Assembly (NCBI GenBank): GCA_038087875.1
Contig: CM075993.1
Span: 7,256,001-7,320,000, forward strand
From: Malacoraja senta
Taxonomy: Eukaryota
Direction: 5' to 3'
Length of the DNA stretch: 64,000 bases
This document shows positions 48,879 through 61,933 of this stretch, piece by piece. The notes under the pieces were generated by a model, which did no database searches, was not told the origin of the DNA, and saw only the letters and a program-made list of their open reading frames with translations. Positions within the stretch are counted from its first letter, which is position 1; every line of letters begins with the position of its first letter. A program made the translations under genes and the position numbers.

Positions 48879-50755
48879 TAACTCAGCGGGTCAGGCAACA
48901 TCTCTGGAGAACATGGATAGGTGACATTTTGGGTTGGGACCCTTCTTCAGCCTGATTGTAAGGAGGCGAGAGAAAGCTGGGAGAGAGGAGGAACAGGACA
49001 AAGCCTGGCAGGTAATAGGTTGATGCAAGTGAGAAGGTTTTTTTTTGGTTAGATAGGCAGATGGTAAGCACAAAGGCCAGAAATGAAAATGCAAATGGTG
49101 TCAGACAAAAGGACTGAAGAGTTGCGAATTGTGAAGCTAGAGGAAGGAATGTAAGTGGAGGGGAGAAATAAGTGCGAGTCCTGGGGGGGGGGGGGGTTTA
49201 CAGAACTTTTGTCCTGCCCCTCCTCTTCCAGCTTTCTTCTTTCCCCCAGTTCCACACTTCTTTTGCAAACAAGCATCTGCAGTTCCATATTTTTATGGTC
49301 GGTGTGCCTACTGCTCATACGCAAGTTAATTAAGAAATAGCCTATGATCTGATCAAATCACTCGAAAGGCAATTACCAAGAAGGTTCATAGACCTTATAA
49401 AAAAACTCGTACACTGAGGCATCCACGGTGGTTGAGGTCAGCAAAGATAAACACCAAGAGGTGTCAGACAAGGGGATCCTTCGTCACCGATCTTATTCAA
49501 CGTTGTGTGTAGGAAGGAACTGCAGATGCTGGTTTACACCGAAGATAGACATAAAATGCTGAAGTAACTCACCGGGACAGGCAGCATCTCTAGAGAAAAG
49601 GAATAGGTGACGTTTTGGGTCACGACCCTTCTTCAGACTGTGTCTGGGAGGAGGGGACACTGGAGGTATGGAAAAGTACAGAACAAGGCAGAGCATGTCC
49701 GGCAATTCTTGGAGGAACAGCACCTCATATTTCGCTTGGGCAGCTTATTGATATGAATATTGATTTCTCAAACTTCAAGTAACCCCTGCTTTCCCCTCTC
49801 TGTCCCTCCCCCACCCTAGTCCTCTTGTTCCTTTCACCATTTGTATTCGTTCGTTATCACCTTGTCCGCAACCAACAATGGACCATTGTGGGCTCCACCT
49901 TCCCTGAATCATTGATGCAGGCTCTGCTTTGTTCTGTACCTTCCCGTGCTTCTAGTTTCTCCCTCCCTGACTCCCAGTTGGATGACGGGTCACCTACCAC
50001 CCGAAGTGTCACCTACTCCTTTGCTCCAGAGATGCTGCCTGACCCTTGAGTAACTCCAGCATTCTGTGTCCATTCATCATGGGGAAGGTAGTGTGGGTGA
50101 AGTCAGGCAACCAGACTATCAGACGAGCAGCTCTGGCCTCCACAGATGACTTGTGGATCATTAAATGATTTTTCATTCATTTCTTAATTAAATAAATAAG
50201 AAATGAACAAGAGTTTTCTTATTTTTTTTAAAAGACACAGTCTAAGTGCTAGAGCAACTCAGCAGATCAGGCAGCATCTGTGGAGAACATGGATAGTTGA
50301 CGTTTCAGGTCGGGACCCTTCTTCACACCCTAAACGTTAGCTGTCCATGTTCTCCAGGGATGCTGCCTGGCCCGCTGAGTTTTGACTTCTCCAATTTCCG
50401 GTAGCCCTTGCTGTCTCCCCCCCTTCTCCCCACCCTCCAGCAGTCTGAAGAAGGGTTTCGGCCCGAAACGTTGCCTATTTCCTTTGCTCCATAGATGCTG
50501 CCCCACCCGCTGAGTTTCTCCAGCACTTTTGTCTCCTCCACCCTTTGTGTGGGTTTTTTTGTGAACCAGCATCTTCCTTGTTTCTACAATAGTTTTCTCA
50601 ATACTGGGAAAGTGCAGGATGGGTCACAGTTAGGGAGAAGAATGTTGTCCCCTGGGTTATCCGCTCCTTGAGCTCGGAGGTTGTGTGTTGGACTGCAGAT
50701 GTCTCGTAACCATTCAGTAACCAGTCGCTCGGTTTTTTTTTTCCCCTTGCTCTAG

Positions 50756-50879
50756 ACAATAAGAATTCAGTTCACCGACATCCGAAGAGGCTGCCCCAAG
50801 TATCGACCATCCAGCTGGGGAAGCCTCTGCCTGAGTTTGGCACTTGCGGCCACTACAAGAAGAGTTGTCGCTGGCTCAG
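50756..50879 (+). CDS. Coding exon 8 (…GKPLPEFGTCGHYKKSCRWL-R), start of CHY finger
   Basis: Poly-T tract plus ctctag acceptor; gtaagg donor; 124 nt, phase 1/2; CxHY motif. Confidence 0.92.
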
Positions 50880-52193
50880 GTAAGGTCTGCTCTAACTTCG
50901 GCTTTTGTGGCTGAATAATAGGCAGCAGGTCATTCGGCCCTTCGAGCCAGCACCGCCATTCACTGTGATCATGGCTGGTCACCTATGGAACTGATGCACT
51001 ACGATGCTGAGAACTATATTCTGCACTCTGCATCTTGCCCTTTGCTCTACCTATTGTGCTTGACCTTGAGTTTGACCTGATAGAATAGCAGGTAGACAAA
51101 AGTGCTGGAGAAACTCAGCGGGGTGCAGCAGCATCTATGGAGCGAAGGAAATAGGCAACGTTTCGGCCCGAAACGTTGCCTATTTCCTTCGCTCCATAGA
51201 TGCTGCTGCACCCGCTGAGTTTCTCCAGCACCTTTGTCTACCTTTGATTTTCCAGCATCTGCAGTTCCTTCTTAAACACAACTGATAGAATAGTAAAGCT
51301 TTTCAGTACATCGGTACACATAAAAATCATAAACCTAAACCTACATTATATCCTGTTTAAGAAGGAACTGCAGATGCTGGAAAATCGAAGGTAGACAAAA
51401 ATGCTGGAGAAACTCAGCGGGTGAGGCAGCATCCATGGATGCTGCCTCACCCGCTGAGTTTCTCCAGCATTTTTGTCTACCTACATTATATCCTCATTTT
51501 TTTTATAGCCTGTACCCCACCGATCATTTAGATGTAGAGAGTTGGAGCAAGATTATTCTCCCTGCAGATTTTGGGTTCAGGACCCACTCCTGCTCAATGT
51601 GACCATGTTTAAGGATAATTTAGTTTACAGATACAGCGCGGAAACAGGCCCTTCAGCCCACCGAGTCCATGTCCACCGGCGATCACATGGTACACTAGCA
51701 CAATCCTACACACTAGGGACAATTTACTGAAGCCAATTAACCTAGAAATCTGTAGGTCAGGACTACTCGCTGGTTGGTGAAAGGACAGTCCAATTGCCTG
51801 ATAACAACTGGGAAGAAACTGTCCCTGAATCGGCAGGTGTGCGTTGTCACACTTTTTGCCTGATGGGAGAAGAGGGGGTGATGGGGGTGAGACTGGTCCT
51901 TCAATCAATATCAATATCAGTTTTGTTCGTAATTTTATTTTACATGAATTTGCCAGCAGCGGTACAATGAAAAAAGAACACACAACAACACAATAAAAAT
52001 TTAACACTAACATCCACCACAGCATTCATCACTGTGGTGGAAGGCACAAAGGTTGGCCAGTCCTCCTCCATTTCCCCCCGTGGCCGGGCCCTCAACCTTG
52101 ATTATGCTGGTGGTCTTGCGGAGGCAGCGTGGCCTGTGTGTGTCTCTGCATGCGGCAGTGTTTTAAATGTTCCTCTTCTGGTGAATCTTTCAG

Positions 52194-52305
52194 GTTTCAG
52201 TGTTGCGGGAAAGCCTACCCGTGCGACCTGTGTCACGACAACAGGCAGGACCACCTGATGGAGATGGCCACACGCATGATCTGTGGCTTCTGCGCCAAGG
52301 AGCAG
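52194..52305 (+). CDS. Coding exon 9 (FQCCGKAYPCDLCHD...MICGFCAKEQ), CHY finger core
   Basis: ctttcag acceptor; gtgagg donor; 112 nt, phase 2/0; CC-x5-C-x2-CH-D and CxxC pattern of zf-CHY. Confidence 0.93.
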
Positions 52306-54427
52306 GTGAGGGGCGGCCGTTTCAGCTTGGTCTGTTGTCACCTGTGCCGAGGTGCAGTGAAAAGCTTTTGTTGCGTGCTATCCAGTCAGCAGAAAGACAA
52401 TACATGATTACAATCGAGCCATACTGTGTATTTGCAGTACAGTACAAGGGATAACGTTTAGTGCAAGGTAAAGCCAGCACAGTCCGAGCAAGGAAAGTCT
52501 GAGGGTCACCAAAGAGGTAGATAGTAGTTCAGCACTGTGTCCGAGTAACCTTGGGTGACCTGACAGTATGGGACGTGATAATCGTGTTCAGTTTATGTAG
52601 GAAGGAACTGCAGATGCTGCTTTACACTGAAGACAGACACAAAATGCTGGAGTAACTCAACATGTTACTCTGGAGAAAAGGAATAGGTGAAGTTTCAGGT
52701 GGAGACCCTTCTTCAGCCTGAGAATTGGGGGTGTGAGATACATCCCCTGATACCTCTCGTCTCCCTCTCCCCTGACTCTGTCTGAAGCAGGGTCTCGACC
52801 CTATTGCTTTTCTCCAGAGATGCTGCCTGACAGCTGAGTTACTCCAGCGTTTAGTGTTCATCTCTCATTTAGTTTATGGTTGCCATGTGTACCAAGGTGC
52901 AGTGAAAAGCTTTTGTTTGTGCTGTCCAGTCAGCCAAAAGACAATACATGATTACAATCAATGTCTTCAGTACACAGATAAAGGATAAAGTGTACAACAT
53001 TTAGTGCAAGATGAACTCCAATTAAAGATTGGTCTCTAGTGAGGTCGATCGGAGGTCAGAACCGCACTCCAGCTGATGAGAATGATGGATCTTATAGAAA
53101 CATATAAAATACTGGACCTTATAGAAACATATAAAATACTTAAGGGATTGGAGAGGCTAAATGCAGGAAAAATGTTCCCCATGTTGGGGGAAGTCCAGAA
53201 CCAGGGGTCACAGTTTAAGAATAAGGGGTAGGCCATTTAAGACTGAGATGATGGAAAACTTTTTCACCCAGAGAGTTGTGAATCTGTGGAATTCTCTGCC
53301 ACCGAAGACAGTGGAGGCCAATTCACTGGATGGTTTCAAGAGAGTTAGATTTAGCTCTTAGGGCTAACGGAAATTATGGGAATGCAAGGGGGTTGGTGAG
53401 GAGTTGTTGGGCTGAATGGTATCCTGCTTTGTTGGAAGAGAATATGAAAGTGATGGTGGTGAAGAGCTACTGTGCAGAGTGTGGTGAAGTTCTGCCTCCA
53501 CTGGTGTTAGTTAGGGTGCTCGATGTGGCTGAGACTTGCTGAGGATAAAGGCACTAAATTTCCAAGACAGGACACAGTGCCTGCCCGCTGAATTACTCCA
53601 GCAAAAGTGTCCTTTTTTTGCAAAACAGCATCTCAATTCTTGTTAGATGGACAGAGACAGACACAAAGTGGTGGAGTAACTCAGCGGGTAAGGCAGCATC
53701 TCTGGAGAAAAAGGGTGGGTGACAATAGACAATAGGTGCAGTAGTAGGCCATTCGGCCCTTCGATGTGATCATGGCTGATCATCCCCAATCAATACCCCG
53801 TTCCTGCCTTCTCCCCATATCCCCTGACTCTGCTATTTTTAAGAGCCCTATCTAGCTCTCTCTTGAAAGCATCCAGAGAACCGGCCTCCACCGCCCTCTG
53901 AGGCAGAGAATTCCACAGACTCACCACTCTCTGTGAGAAAAAGTGTTTCCTCGTCTCCGTTCTAAATGGCTTTCCCCTTATTCTTAAATTGTTTCAGGTT
54001 GGGACCCTTCTTCAGACCTTCTCAGTTCCAAGCCAATTGGTCTTGTGCAACTTTGAATGAAAGATATACAGCTTTAAAAACATGCCCTTTGGCCCACCAA
54101 CCATGTCCCAGCCAACCATTGATCATCCATTCACACTAGTTCTATACTATCCCACTTTCACGTCCATTCCCTACACACAAGGGGCAATTTGCAGAGGTCA
54201 ATTAACCTGCAAACCTGCACATCTTTGGGGTGTGGGAGGAAACTGGAGCACCGGTGGAAAACCCACACGGTCACGGGGAGGACACTTCTCTGGTCTCTTG
54301 CGCTGTGAGCAAGCAGCTCTCCCAGCTGCACCACTGGGCTGCCCAAGTGGGGGGGGGGGTGTGTAGTCTAGTCTGGGCCGCGGCCGAGCTGCTCCATCTC
54401 TGACTCACGCAGTGCGCTTGTTTCCAG

Positions 54428-54540
54428 CCGTACAGCAACGGGAAGCCGTGTGCAGCCTGCGGAGCCATGATGACCAAGGGATCCCACACCAGCCACTGGG
54501 AAGGAGGCCAAGGCTGTCGGAGCCAGATGCGGATGAGTCG
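54428..54540 (+). CDS. Coding exon 10 (PYSNGKPCAAC...HWEGGQGCRSQMRMS-R)
   Basis: tttccag acceptor; perfect gtaagt donor; 113 nt, phase 0/2. Confidence 0.92.
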
Positions 54541-55978
54541 GTAAGTCTCCCCCGTGCCGATCCTCGTCTCTTTACTTTAGACTGTGGAGTTACAGCGTGG
54601 AAACGGGCTCCGCCGACCAGCGATCGCCCGTACACTAGCACCATCCTGCACACTGGGGACAACTCACGGTTTATAAAAGCCAACTGACCCACAAACCTGC
54701 ACATCTTTATAGTGTGAGAGGAAACTGGAGCACCCGGAGAAAACCCACACGGTCACAGGGAGAACGTACAAACTCTGTACAGACAGCACCGTAGTCAGGA
54801 TTGAACCCGGGTCACTGGCGCTGTGAGGCAGCAACTCTACCGCTACGCCAACGTGCCGCCCTATTCTCGGTGTCCCCGACTTGCAAAGTCGGAGAGCGGG
54901 ATTGCTCTTATTCACGAGAAAATCCCGCTCACAACCTGCACTGGAATTATTTTCCTGGTTTGCTGATGCTTACACTTATATTTTTACTTTTTTACTTAAT
55001 GTTTCCTCTTCAATAGAAGCCTCCATCTTACATAACTCCTTAATCTCAAGAGTACCAGTGCCTCGTGGTTTTAGTTTAGTTGAATGATACAGCATGGAAA
55101 CAGGCCCTTCGGCGCACAATGTCTACGCTGGACATGATGCCAGTCCACGCCAACCAACCGTCACAGGTTCACACTAGTTCTATGTTATCCCACTTTCTCA
55201 CCCACTCCCTACACACGAGGGGCAACATAGAGGCCAATTAACCTACAAACCCTCCCGTCTCTGGGAGGAAACCAGAGCACCCGGAGGAAACCCACACAGT
55301 CACATGGGGAACGTGCAAACCCCACACAGACAGCACCTGAGGTCAGGATGGACCCCAAGTCTCTGGTGCTGTGAGGCAGCAGTTCAACCCGCCGCACCAC
55401 TGTGCCGTCTCACAGGTTCTAAGATCAATGTCCAATGTCTCCCCTCCTGTGGTTCCTCTCTGTCACCCAGCATGTTGAAGGGCAAGTCCATGGGCGGGCT
55501 TAGATTTAGCGAGTGGTGAAAGTGCTGGGTGCATGTCTATGCGAGCATGTTTATTGCGAGCATGTTTATGAAGGAACTGCAGATGCTGGAAAATCGACGG
55601 CAGACAAAAATGCTGGAGACACTCAGCGGGTGAGGCAGCATCTATGGAGCGAAGGAATAACTCTTTCCCCATGCTTATTAAGGATGCATTCCATCCCCCG
55701 CTGTGCCGAGCGGTCCCGGAAATCGCCCAGTGTGCCCGTGGACCCGCATGGCCCTTCTCTAGGACCACCCTGGCGCGGATGTAACCCCGGAAAAGGGGCA
55801 GGCAGCCGGTTCTGGCGGAGCCCTCTTCCGCCTGGCGCCGCGCGCGACTGCCTTTTTCTTTTGGTGCATTTTAACCGAATCGTCCACTTGTTGATTAATG
55901 GCGCGAGGGTGATTGACCGTTCCTCTGCTGAGCCCGCTCGCCTTTAACCCCGCGTTGCACTCTGTGTTCCTTACGCAG

Positions 55979-56051
55979 CAAAGACAAGCAGAAGTACTCG
56001 AACGCTGCGAAGACGGTCTCTCGCCGGTCTCTGCACCAGCAGCCCAAGTGA
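55979..56051 (+). CDS. Terminal coding exon 11 (KDKQKYSNAAKTVSRRSLHQQPK*)
   Basis: ccttacgcag acceptor, phase 2; TGA at 56049-56051; AATAAA 146 nt downstream. Confidence 0.87.
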
Positions 56052-56196
56052 TCGGCAAGGCCGGGGTTGGGATCCCTCACCTGCGAACGGTGGCCTTAGT
56101 AACAACTCTGTGAGTGGGTTTGGTGTGTGCGTGTTTTTTTTTTTTTTCCCCTCCCCTGTTGTTTCTTTCCCCCCTCGTACAACGAGGTGGTGAGAG

Positions 56197-56202
56197 AATA
56201 AA
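56197..56202 (+). promoter_or_regulatory. Candidate proximal polyadenylation signal of the zinc-finger gene
   Basis: AATAAA shortly after the stop codon. Confidence 0.5.
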
Positions 56203-59200
56203 ATGTTTTCAAGTTTCGAGGATCTTGGGGAGAGGGGTTTGAGGAATCGGACGGCCTTTAGTTTGATCAGGCCCGAAGTAAGATGCCGTCTCTGCCCCAG
56301 TGGGGGCCGTACAAACCTCAGAACGACTTGCCCCGCATTGTTTACCCTGTGTGAGAGGCTCAAAAGTCGGCAACATTTATTGTGCCCCTGCTTTCGACTA
56401 ACTCCACCTGCTCTGAGCCAAGCAGCCGACACCTGCAGGCCGTGTCACGTCACGGCTCTGGGTGTGTTTGTACCACCTCATGTTCCAAGTATGTAGTATT
56501 CACAAGGGCATGGCTAGATGTCCACCCGATAGCCTGATTTACAAGGGATATGGGCCAGGTGCTGCTCCTACCCCCCCCCCTTGCTAGTGGCATAAACAGA
56601 GGACAGCCCCCCACTGGGACACCTGCCACGGCACAGATGCCCACTGCAGTAGTGTAGAGAGGCTTGTAGATGTTGGGCAGCGTGGCAGAGTCCTGTGCCA
56701 ACTCCCCGAGGACTGATGGTGCTCTTAACTCAACTCCAGCCTCCGAGTCGGTGGGGGAGCGGAGCCTGCACAAGTGCATTTGGAAGTTGCGTTCTAATTT
56801 GGTTTTGAATGTTCAAGGTTATCACTGTGTTGATTTACATTTAATTTGGCAATTTTATAAAATGCGGTCAAATCTTGTACTATGCAACACATTGCCATGC
56901 CAACAGTGAGCAAGGAAACGCTTGCGACCCTGTAAATGAGATGAAGGAACGAACTGTGCACATCTAAGGTACCGCAGACATCCACTTGGGAGGTGGTTCA
57001 TAAAGGGTGGTTTGTCGAGGCTGCTTCAGTGTGGTTCCGATCGACTACAGTTAGTTACATGCTGGAGGAAGTCTGTGGGTTGGATTTTCTGCCGTCTCCC
57101 GTGCCCTGTGAATCATTCTGCGATCGTGACCCCCACCCCCCCATCTATGTGACGAGGGGTAAAGAGAACATCGTTCCCTTACTAGAACCTGTTCAGTCAT
57201 TCACTCTGGGTGCAGCTGATCAATTCCCCTGCCCCCCGCAGCCACTGACACCCTTACACAACAAAACGTTGCATGTCTCCGAAGCTCGAGAGGCGGCTGG
57301 GAACCCAAAATAAAAACAACAGCAAAAACTGTGCATCGTCTGTGGACAGAAAAACGATGAATGTTCCCCAGGTCCAAGGCGGTCATCAAAGTGTGAAGGA
57401 GAGGATACAGGTTGCAAGGGGGTTGGGGAGGATATGGGCCAGGGGGAATATGCTGTAACTCTTGTCGGTCTCTTCCACAATGGAGGCAAGGCCTTGGTAG
57501 ATGGAAAGGCACAGTCTGGATAGATGTTGCAGGAGTAGAATGAGCTTGGTCCTGCCTTTTAGACTCTGTGGCCACTGCAGTGAGATGCCAGTTGTCCGTC
57601 CACATGGAGTTCCAACACTGATTCATCTCCCAGTCCATCACGTTTGTTTAAGCCCCTTGCAGTTGCCCGGTTAGATATTGCCAGTTCCCACCACATAAGC
57701 AGCGGAGATCCCACCTCCCAGATTCTTCATCGCTGCCTCACTTTGCTCGCTTTAGTTCCGCAAACTCAATGTAGACTTAACGGCCAGGATTGCAGAGCGT
57801 GTTGGCTTGCGGCACCTCCTCCCCTGGCAGTCGTCCTCATCCTGTGCTTTAGGAGCTAGGAGTTAAACACGCTAACATTGAGCAGGTAGACAAAAGTGCT
57901 GGAGAAACTCAGCGGGTGCAGCAGCATCTATGGAGCGAAGGAAATAGGCAACGTTTCGGCCCGAAACCCTTCCGGGTTTCGTCCCGAAACGTTGCCTATT
58001 TCCTTCAGGGTTTTCGGCCCGAAACGTTGCCTATTTCCTTTGCTCCATAGATGCTGCTGCACCCGCCGGGTTTCTCCAGCACTTTTGTCTACCTTCGATT
58101 TTCCAGCATCTGCAGTTCCTTCTTAAATTCTCTAACGTTGACCAGGTCCAGTTACTTGTACCCTGGGCCTGCACGTGTCCCACCGCTCCTGTCCTGCTCC
58201 ACACCTTGCGTCTGTCCCACCACGTTGCCTCAGGATTTGGGACCTTTGCGTGGCTGCAGCCGTCCCCCAAATCTCCACCTTTCCCACTCTGCCCCCTGGC
58301 TCGCGTCCCGGGAGAGGATCGGCTGCCAAAGCGTTGGGGGAGGCCTCAACGCGGCTCACGGCCAACAGTTTCCCCCCCCCCGCGGACGCATCGGCAACGG
58401 GGAGTTTCACCACCTCCCTTCCTGCAGCCGGAGCTTCTGACCTGGGCTCCAATGTTCCCCTGAACAAAGAACTGCAGATGCTGGCTGATACCAAAGGTAG
58501 ACACAAAGTGCTGGTGTAACTCAGCGGGTCAGGCAGCATCTCTGGAGAGAAGGAATAGGTTTCCCCCTCTGGAGGAAAAGGGAGGCTGACGAATTAGGTT
58601 GGAACCCTTCTTCAGACTGGCCAGAAACGGCACCCGTCCTTTTTCTCCAGAGTCCAGCCCTGACCGGCTGAGTTACGGCAGCAGTTTGTGTCTATCTATG
58701 TTGCAGTGAGCTGAAGATAGTCCTGTTTCCTGTTCATTAACACTGACAGCACCGTTTCCAGAGCCCTTGTCCGAAGGTCAGAGTCCACTCCCCCCCCCCC
58801 ATGCCCATGGTGACAAGGGGCAGCGTCTCCCTGGAGCTGTGGAGGTGACGTACCTGCCCGAGAGGTGAAGGAGTCCGAGGGAAGGTAGCCGGCTTAAAAT
58901 ACAGGCTCTTGTTCCCCCGCCTCACTGCCGCCCAACCGGCCCTGTAAGTCCAGTGTAGAAACAATGAATTACAGACACTGGTTTACAAAGGAGTGTTGGA
59001 GTCACTCAGCGGGTCAGGCATCATCCCCGGAGAACATGGATAGATGATGTTTCGGGTTGGGCCCCTTCTTCAGACTGACAAAGGGTCACCTATCCATGCT
59101 CTCCAGAGATGCTGCCTGACCCGCTGAGTTACATCACAACTTTGTGTCCTTCGACATGTCCAATGCTGTCTCCCTCTTAATTTGGGATCTCTGCTTTTGC

Positions 59201-60036
59201 ACTCTTTTTTATCTTCACCTCCTGCTCTTCCCTTATTCGTGTTCTTTGATCTCCACCCGTTACGATCGGCCGCTGGCTGGTTAGCAAAAGGGAAGCTTAG
59301 TAAAGAATTAAACCTGCCCTTGGTGAAGTGTGCACTGTGTGTTGGTGCCAGTGCCGGGGCGGGCAGCTGGGCAGTGAGGTGGCCACGGTGAGGACTTGTT
59401 GCTTCTCTTCTGCGTTAGGGTTTAACTCCACACTCTCTCTCGATCCGACGAGGTTTTCCATGTCATCAAACGACGAGCGCCACTTTTGTAACGAGAGTGC
59501 CTTTGGGTGTTCTTCCCCATCACCTCCACCAGCTGGATACACCGCCCACCCGCCACTCGGCAGTGTGTGTGCCCGCCCCCACTCACCAACCAAGGCATTC
59601 ACCCAGTCAGGTCCCTGTACAGTCACTCTGCTTGCTGGCACTGCCCTACCAGAGTAGTCTTGCTGCGCTGATACACCTGGGTTAGTTTGACCCAAGCTGC
59701 CGTCGGGAGGTAGACCTGGTCTCCACCTGCGTGGGTCGGGAACGCCGGCACTGCCAGAGTTTGATCCATGATCCGCAGCACCGATCGGGATTTGGCCGAG
59801 TCTCTGGGTGAGCTGCACACCGCCCCGTGTCCTCACTCACTCACTCACTCCCAGCGACACGGAGACACACGGGGCAGTCACATGCAGTATTTTGTTGGAA
59901 TTATTAACTTTAATCTGGTCATATTTCTGATTTTTGGTGCAAAATTATCTCTGAAATGGTTAATATGAACTGGCAAGATATTTTAAAAATGAAAAAAATA
60001 TACATTTGCATGTATGTAGAGTTGACAGTATTTTAA

Positions 60037-60042
60037 AATAAA
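60037..60042 (+). promoter_or_regulatory. Candidate distal polyadenylation signal
   Basis: AATAAA preceded by an AT-rich stretch and followed by T/GT-rich sequence, at the end of a mostly unique 4-kb region downstream of the stop. Confidence 0.4.
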
Positions 60043-60617
60043 CTTTAGTTTTGTCAGTTTTGAGATGTTTGTCTTCCTGTAGCTGAAGTGAAAGACTCTT
60101 TTATCTTGCTTATAATCTCCTTGGCCTGTTTGTAAATTAGCAAAGCGATCTATGGTCATCGCTAGACGAACTAAGTAGGCGTCTCAACGGCTGTCAACCT
60201 GCCACCACTGGTCAGTCAGGTCTGACAAAACCACCAATGCTGGGCAGAAATGCAGATTAACTACTTCACATTTACAAATGAAGTTGAGTTTCATGCACTA
60301 GAGAGAGGTGCAGGTACAATGGGAATCTTGCAACAGCAACACAGCACGTGCTCAAACACACAAAGGCATAGAAACATAGAAAATAGGTGCAGGATTAGGC
60401 CATTCGGCCCTTCGAGCCAGCACCGCCGTTCAATATGATCATGGCTGATCATCCAAAATCAGTACCCTGTTCCTGTTTTTCCCCCTCTCCATATCCCTTG
60501 ATTCCTTTCGCCCTCAGAGCTTAATCTACAGCTCAAGAAGGAACTGCAGATGCTGGAAAATCGAAGGTAGACAAAAATGCTGGAGAAACTCAGCGGGTGC
60601 GGCAGCATCTATGGAGC

Positions 60618-60821
60618 GAAGGAAATAGGCAACGTTTCGGGACGAAACCCTGAAGGAAATAGGCAACGTTTCGGGACGAAACCCTGAAGGAAATAGGCAA
60701 CGTTTCGGGACGAAACCCTGAAGGAAATAGGCAACGTTTCGGGACGAAACCCTGAAGGAAATAGGCAACGTTTCGGGACGAAACCCTGAAGGAAATAGGC
60801 AACGTTTCGGGACGAAACCCG
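60618..60821 (+). repeat. 6 x 34-bp tandem repeat inside a fold-back element
   Basis: Unit gaaggaaataggcaacgtttcgggacgaaaccct starts at 60618, 60652, 60686, 60720, 60754 and 60788. Confidence 0.95.
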
Positions 60822-61933
60822 GAAGGGTTTCAGCCCGAAACGTTGCCTATTTCCTTCGCTCCATAGATGCTGCCGCACCCGCTGAGTTTCTCCAGCATTT
60901 TTGCCGAGCTTAATCTAACTCTCTCTTGTACTGCATAAATTATAGACACAAAGTCCTGGAGTAACTCAGCAGGTCAAGCAGCATCTCTGGAGAAAAGGAA
61001 TAGGTGACGTTTCGGGTCGAGACCCTTCTTCAGCATTTTGTGTCTGTACTGTCCTGTGTTCTATGTCATGACACTGGAAAGAATGCGGAGAAGAATTACG
61101 AGGATGTTGCCAGCACTCGAGGGCCTGAGTTAAAACTTGGAACAGCGAGGTTTGTTGATCAACTTTCTGCTTTAATTATCTTTTTACCAATAAATCCATC
61201 AGCCAGATTACCACTCGCTCCTCGATACACCAAGTATTGGGATTACATTTAATGTTACACCGCATGCCATAATCAGCCAAACATCTGGGTTTGTGCATGT
61301 TTAGTTTAGAGATACAGCATAGTGGAAAAAGGCACTTCGATCCATCGAGTCGGGGAAATCAGGAACTAGAGGGCATTGGTTTAAGGTGAGAGGAGAAAGA
61401 TTTTATGGGAAAGGACTCTCAAAGTGCTCGAGTAATTCAGCAGGTCAGGCAGCATTCCAAGAGAACATGGAAGGTAGCATTTGGGACCAGGACCCTTCTT
61501 CAGATGGCTCGACCCAAAACATCACCTATGTGTGTTCTCCAGAGATGCTGCCTGACCTGCTGAGTTACTCCAGCACTCTGTGTTCTTTTGTGTAAACCAG
61601 AATCTGGTTCTAAGTCTTACTGGGAAGGTGAGGGGCAAGTGTTTCACACAGAGGGTGGTGGGTATATGGAATGAGCTGCCTGGGGAAGTGGTTGAGGCGG
61701 GCTCAGTAACATTTAAAAGACATCAGGTGGATACGGAAGGTTTAGAGGGAAATGGGCCAAACCCAGGCAGATGGGACTAGCATGGATGGGCATGGACAAG
61801 TTGGGCCGAAGGGCCTGTTTCTGTGCTCTAAGACAGTACCCTGATTGGATGACTAGCTGGGGAGTGGTGTCACTGAGAAACCAAATCCTCTGCAGATGAA
61901 TCTGATGAAGCAGTACTTAGAGAAATTTAGTTT

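Noticed and set aside
50756..54540. Calling the gene RCHY1/Pirh2
   Set aside because: The CHY finger is C-terminal with no following CTCHY/RING, and the N-terminus has CCCH fingers, so the architecture differs.
60618..60821. CRISPR-like array of 34-bp repeats
   Set aside because: The units are contiguous with no unique spacers, there are no cas genes, the context is eukaryotic, and the unit is part of a dispersed repeat.
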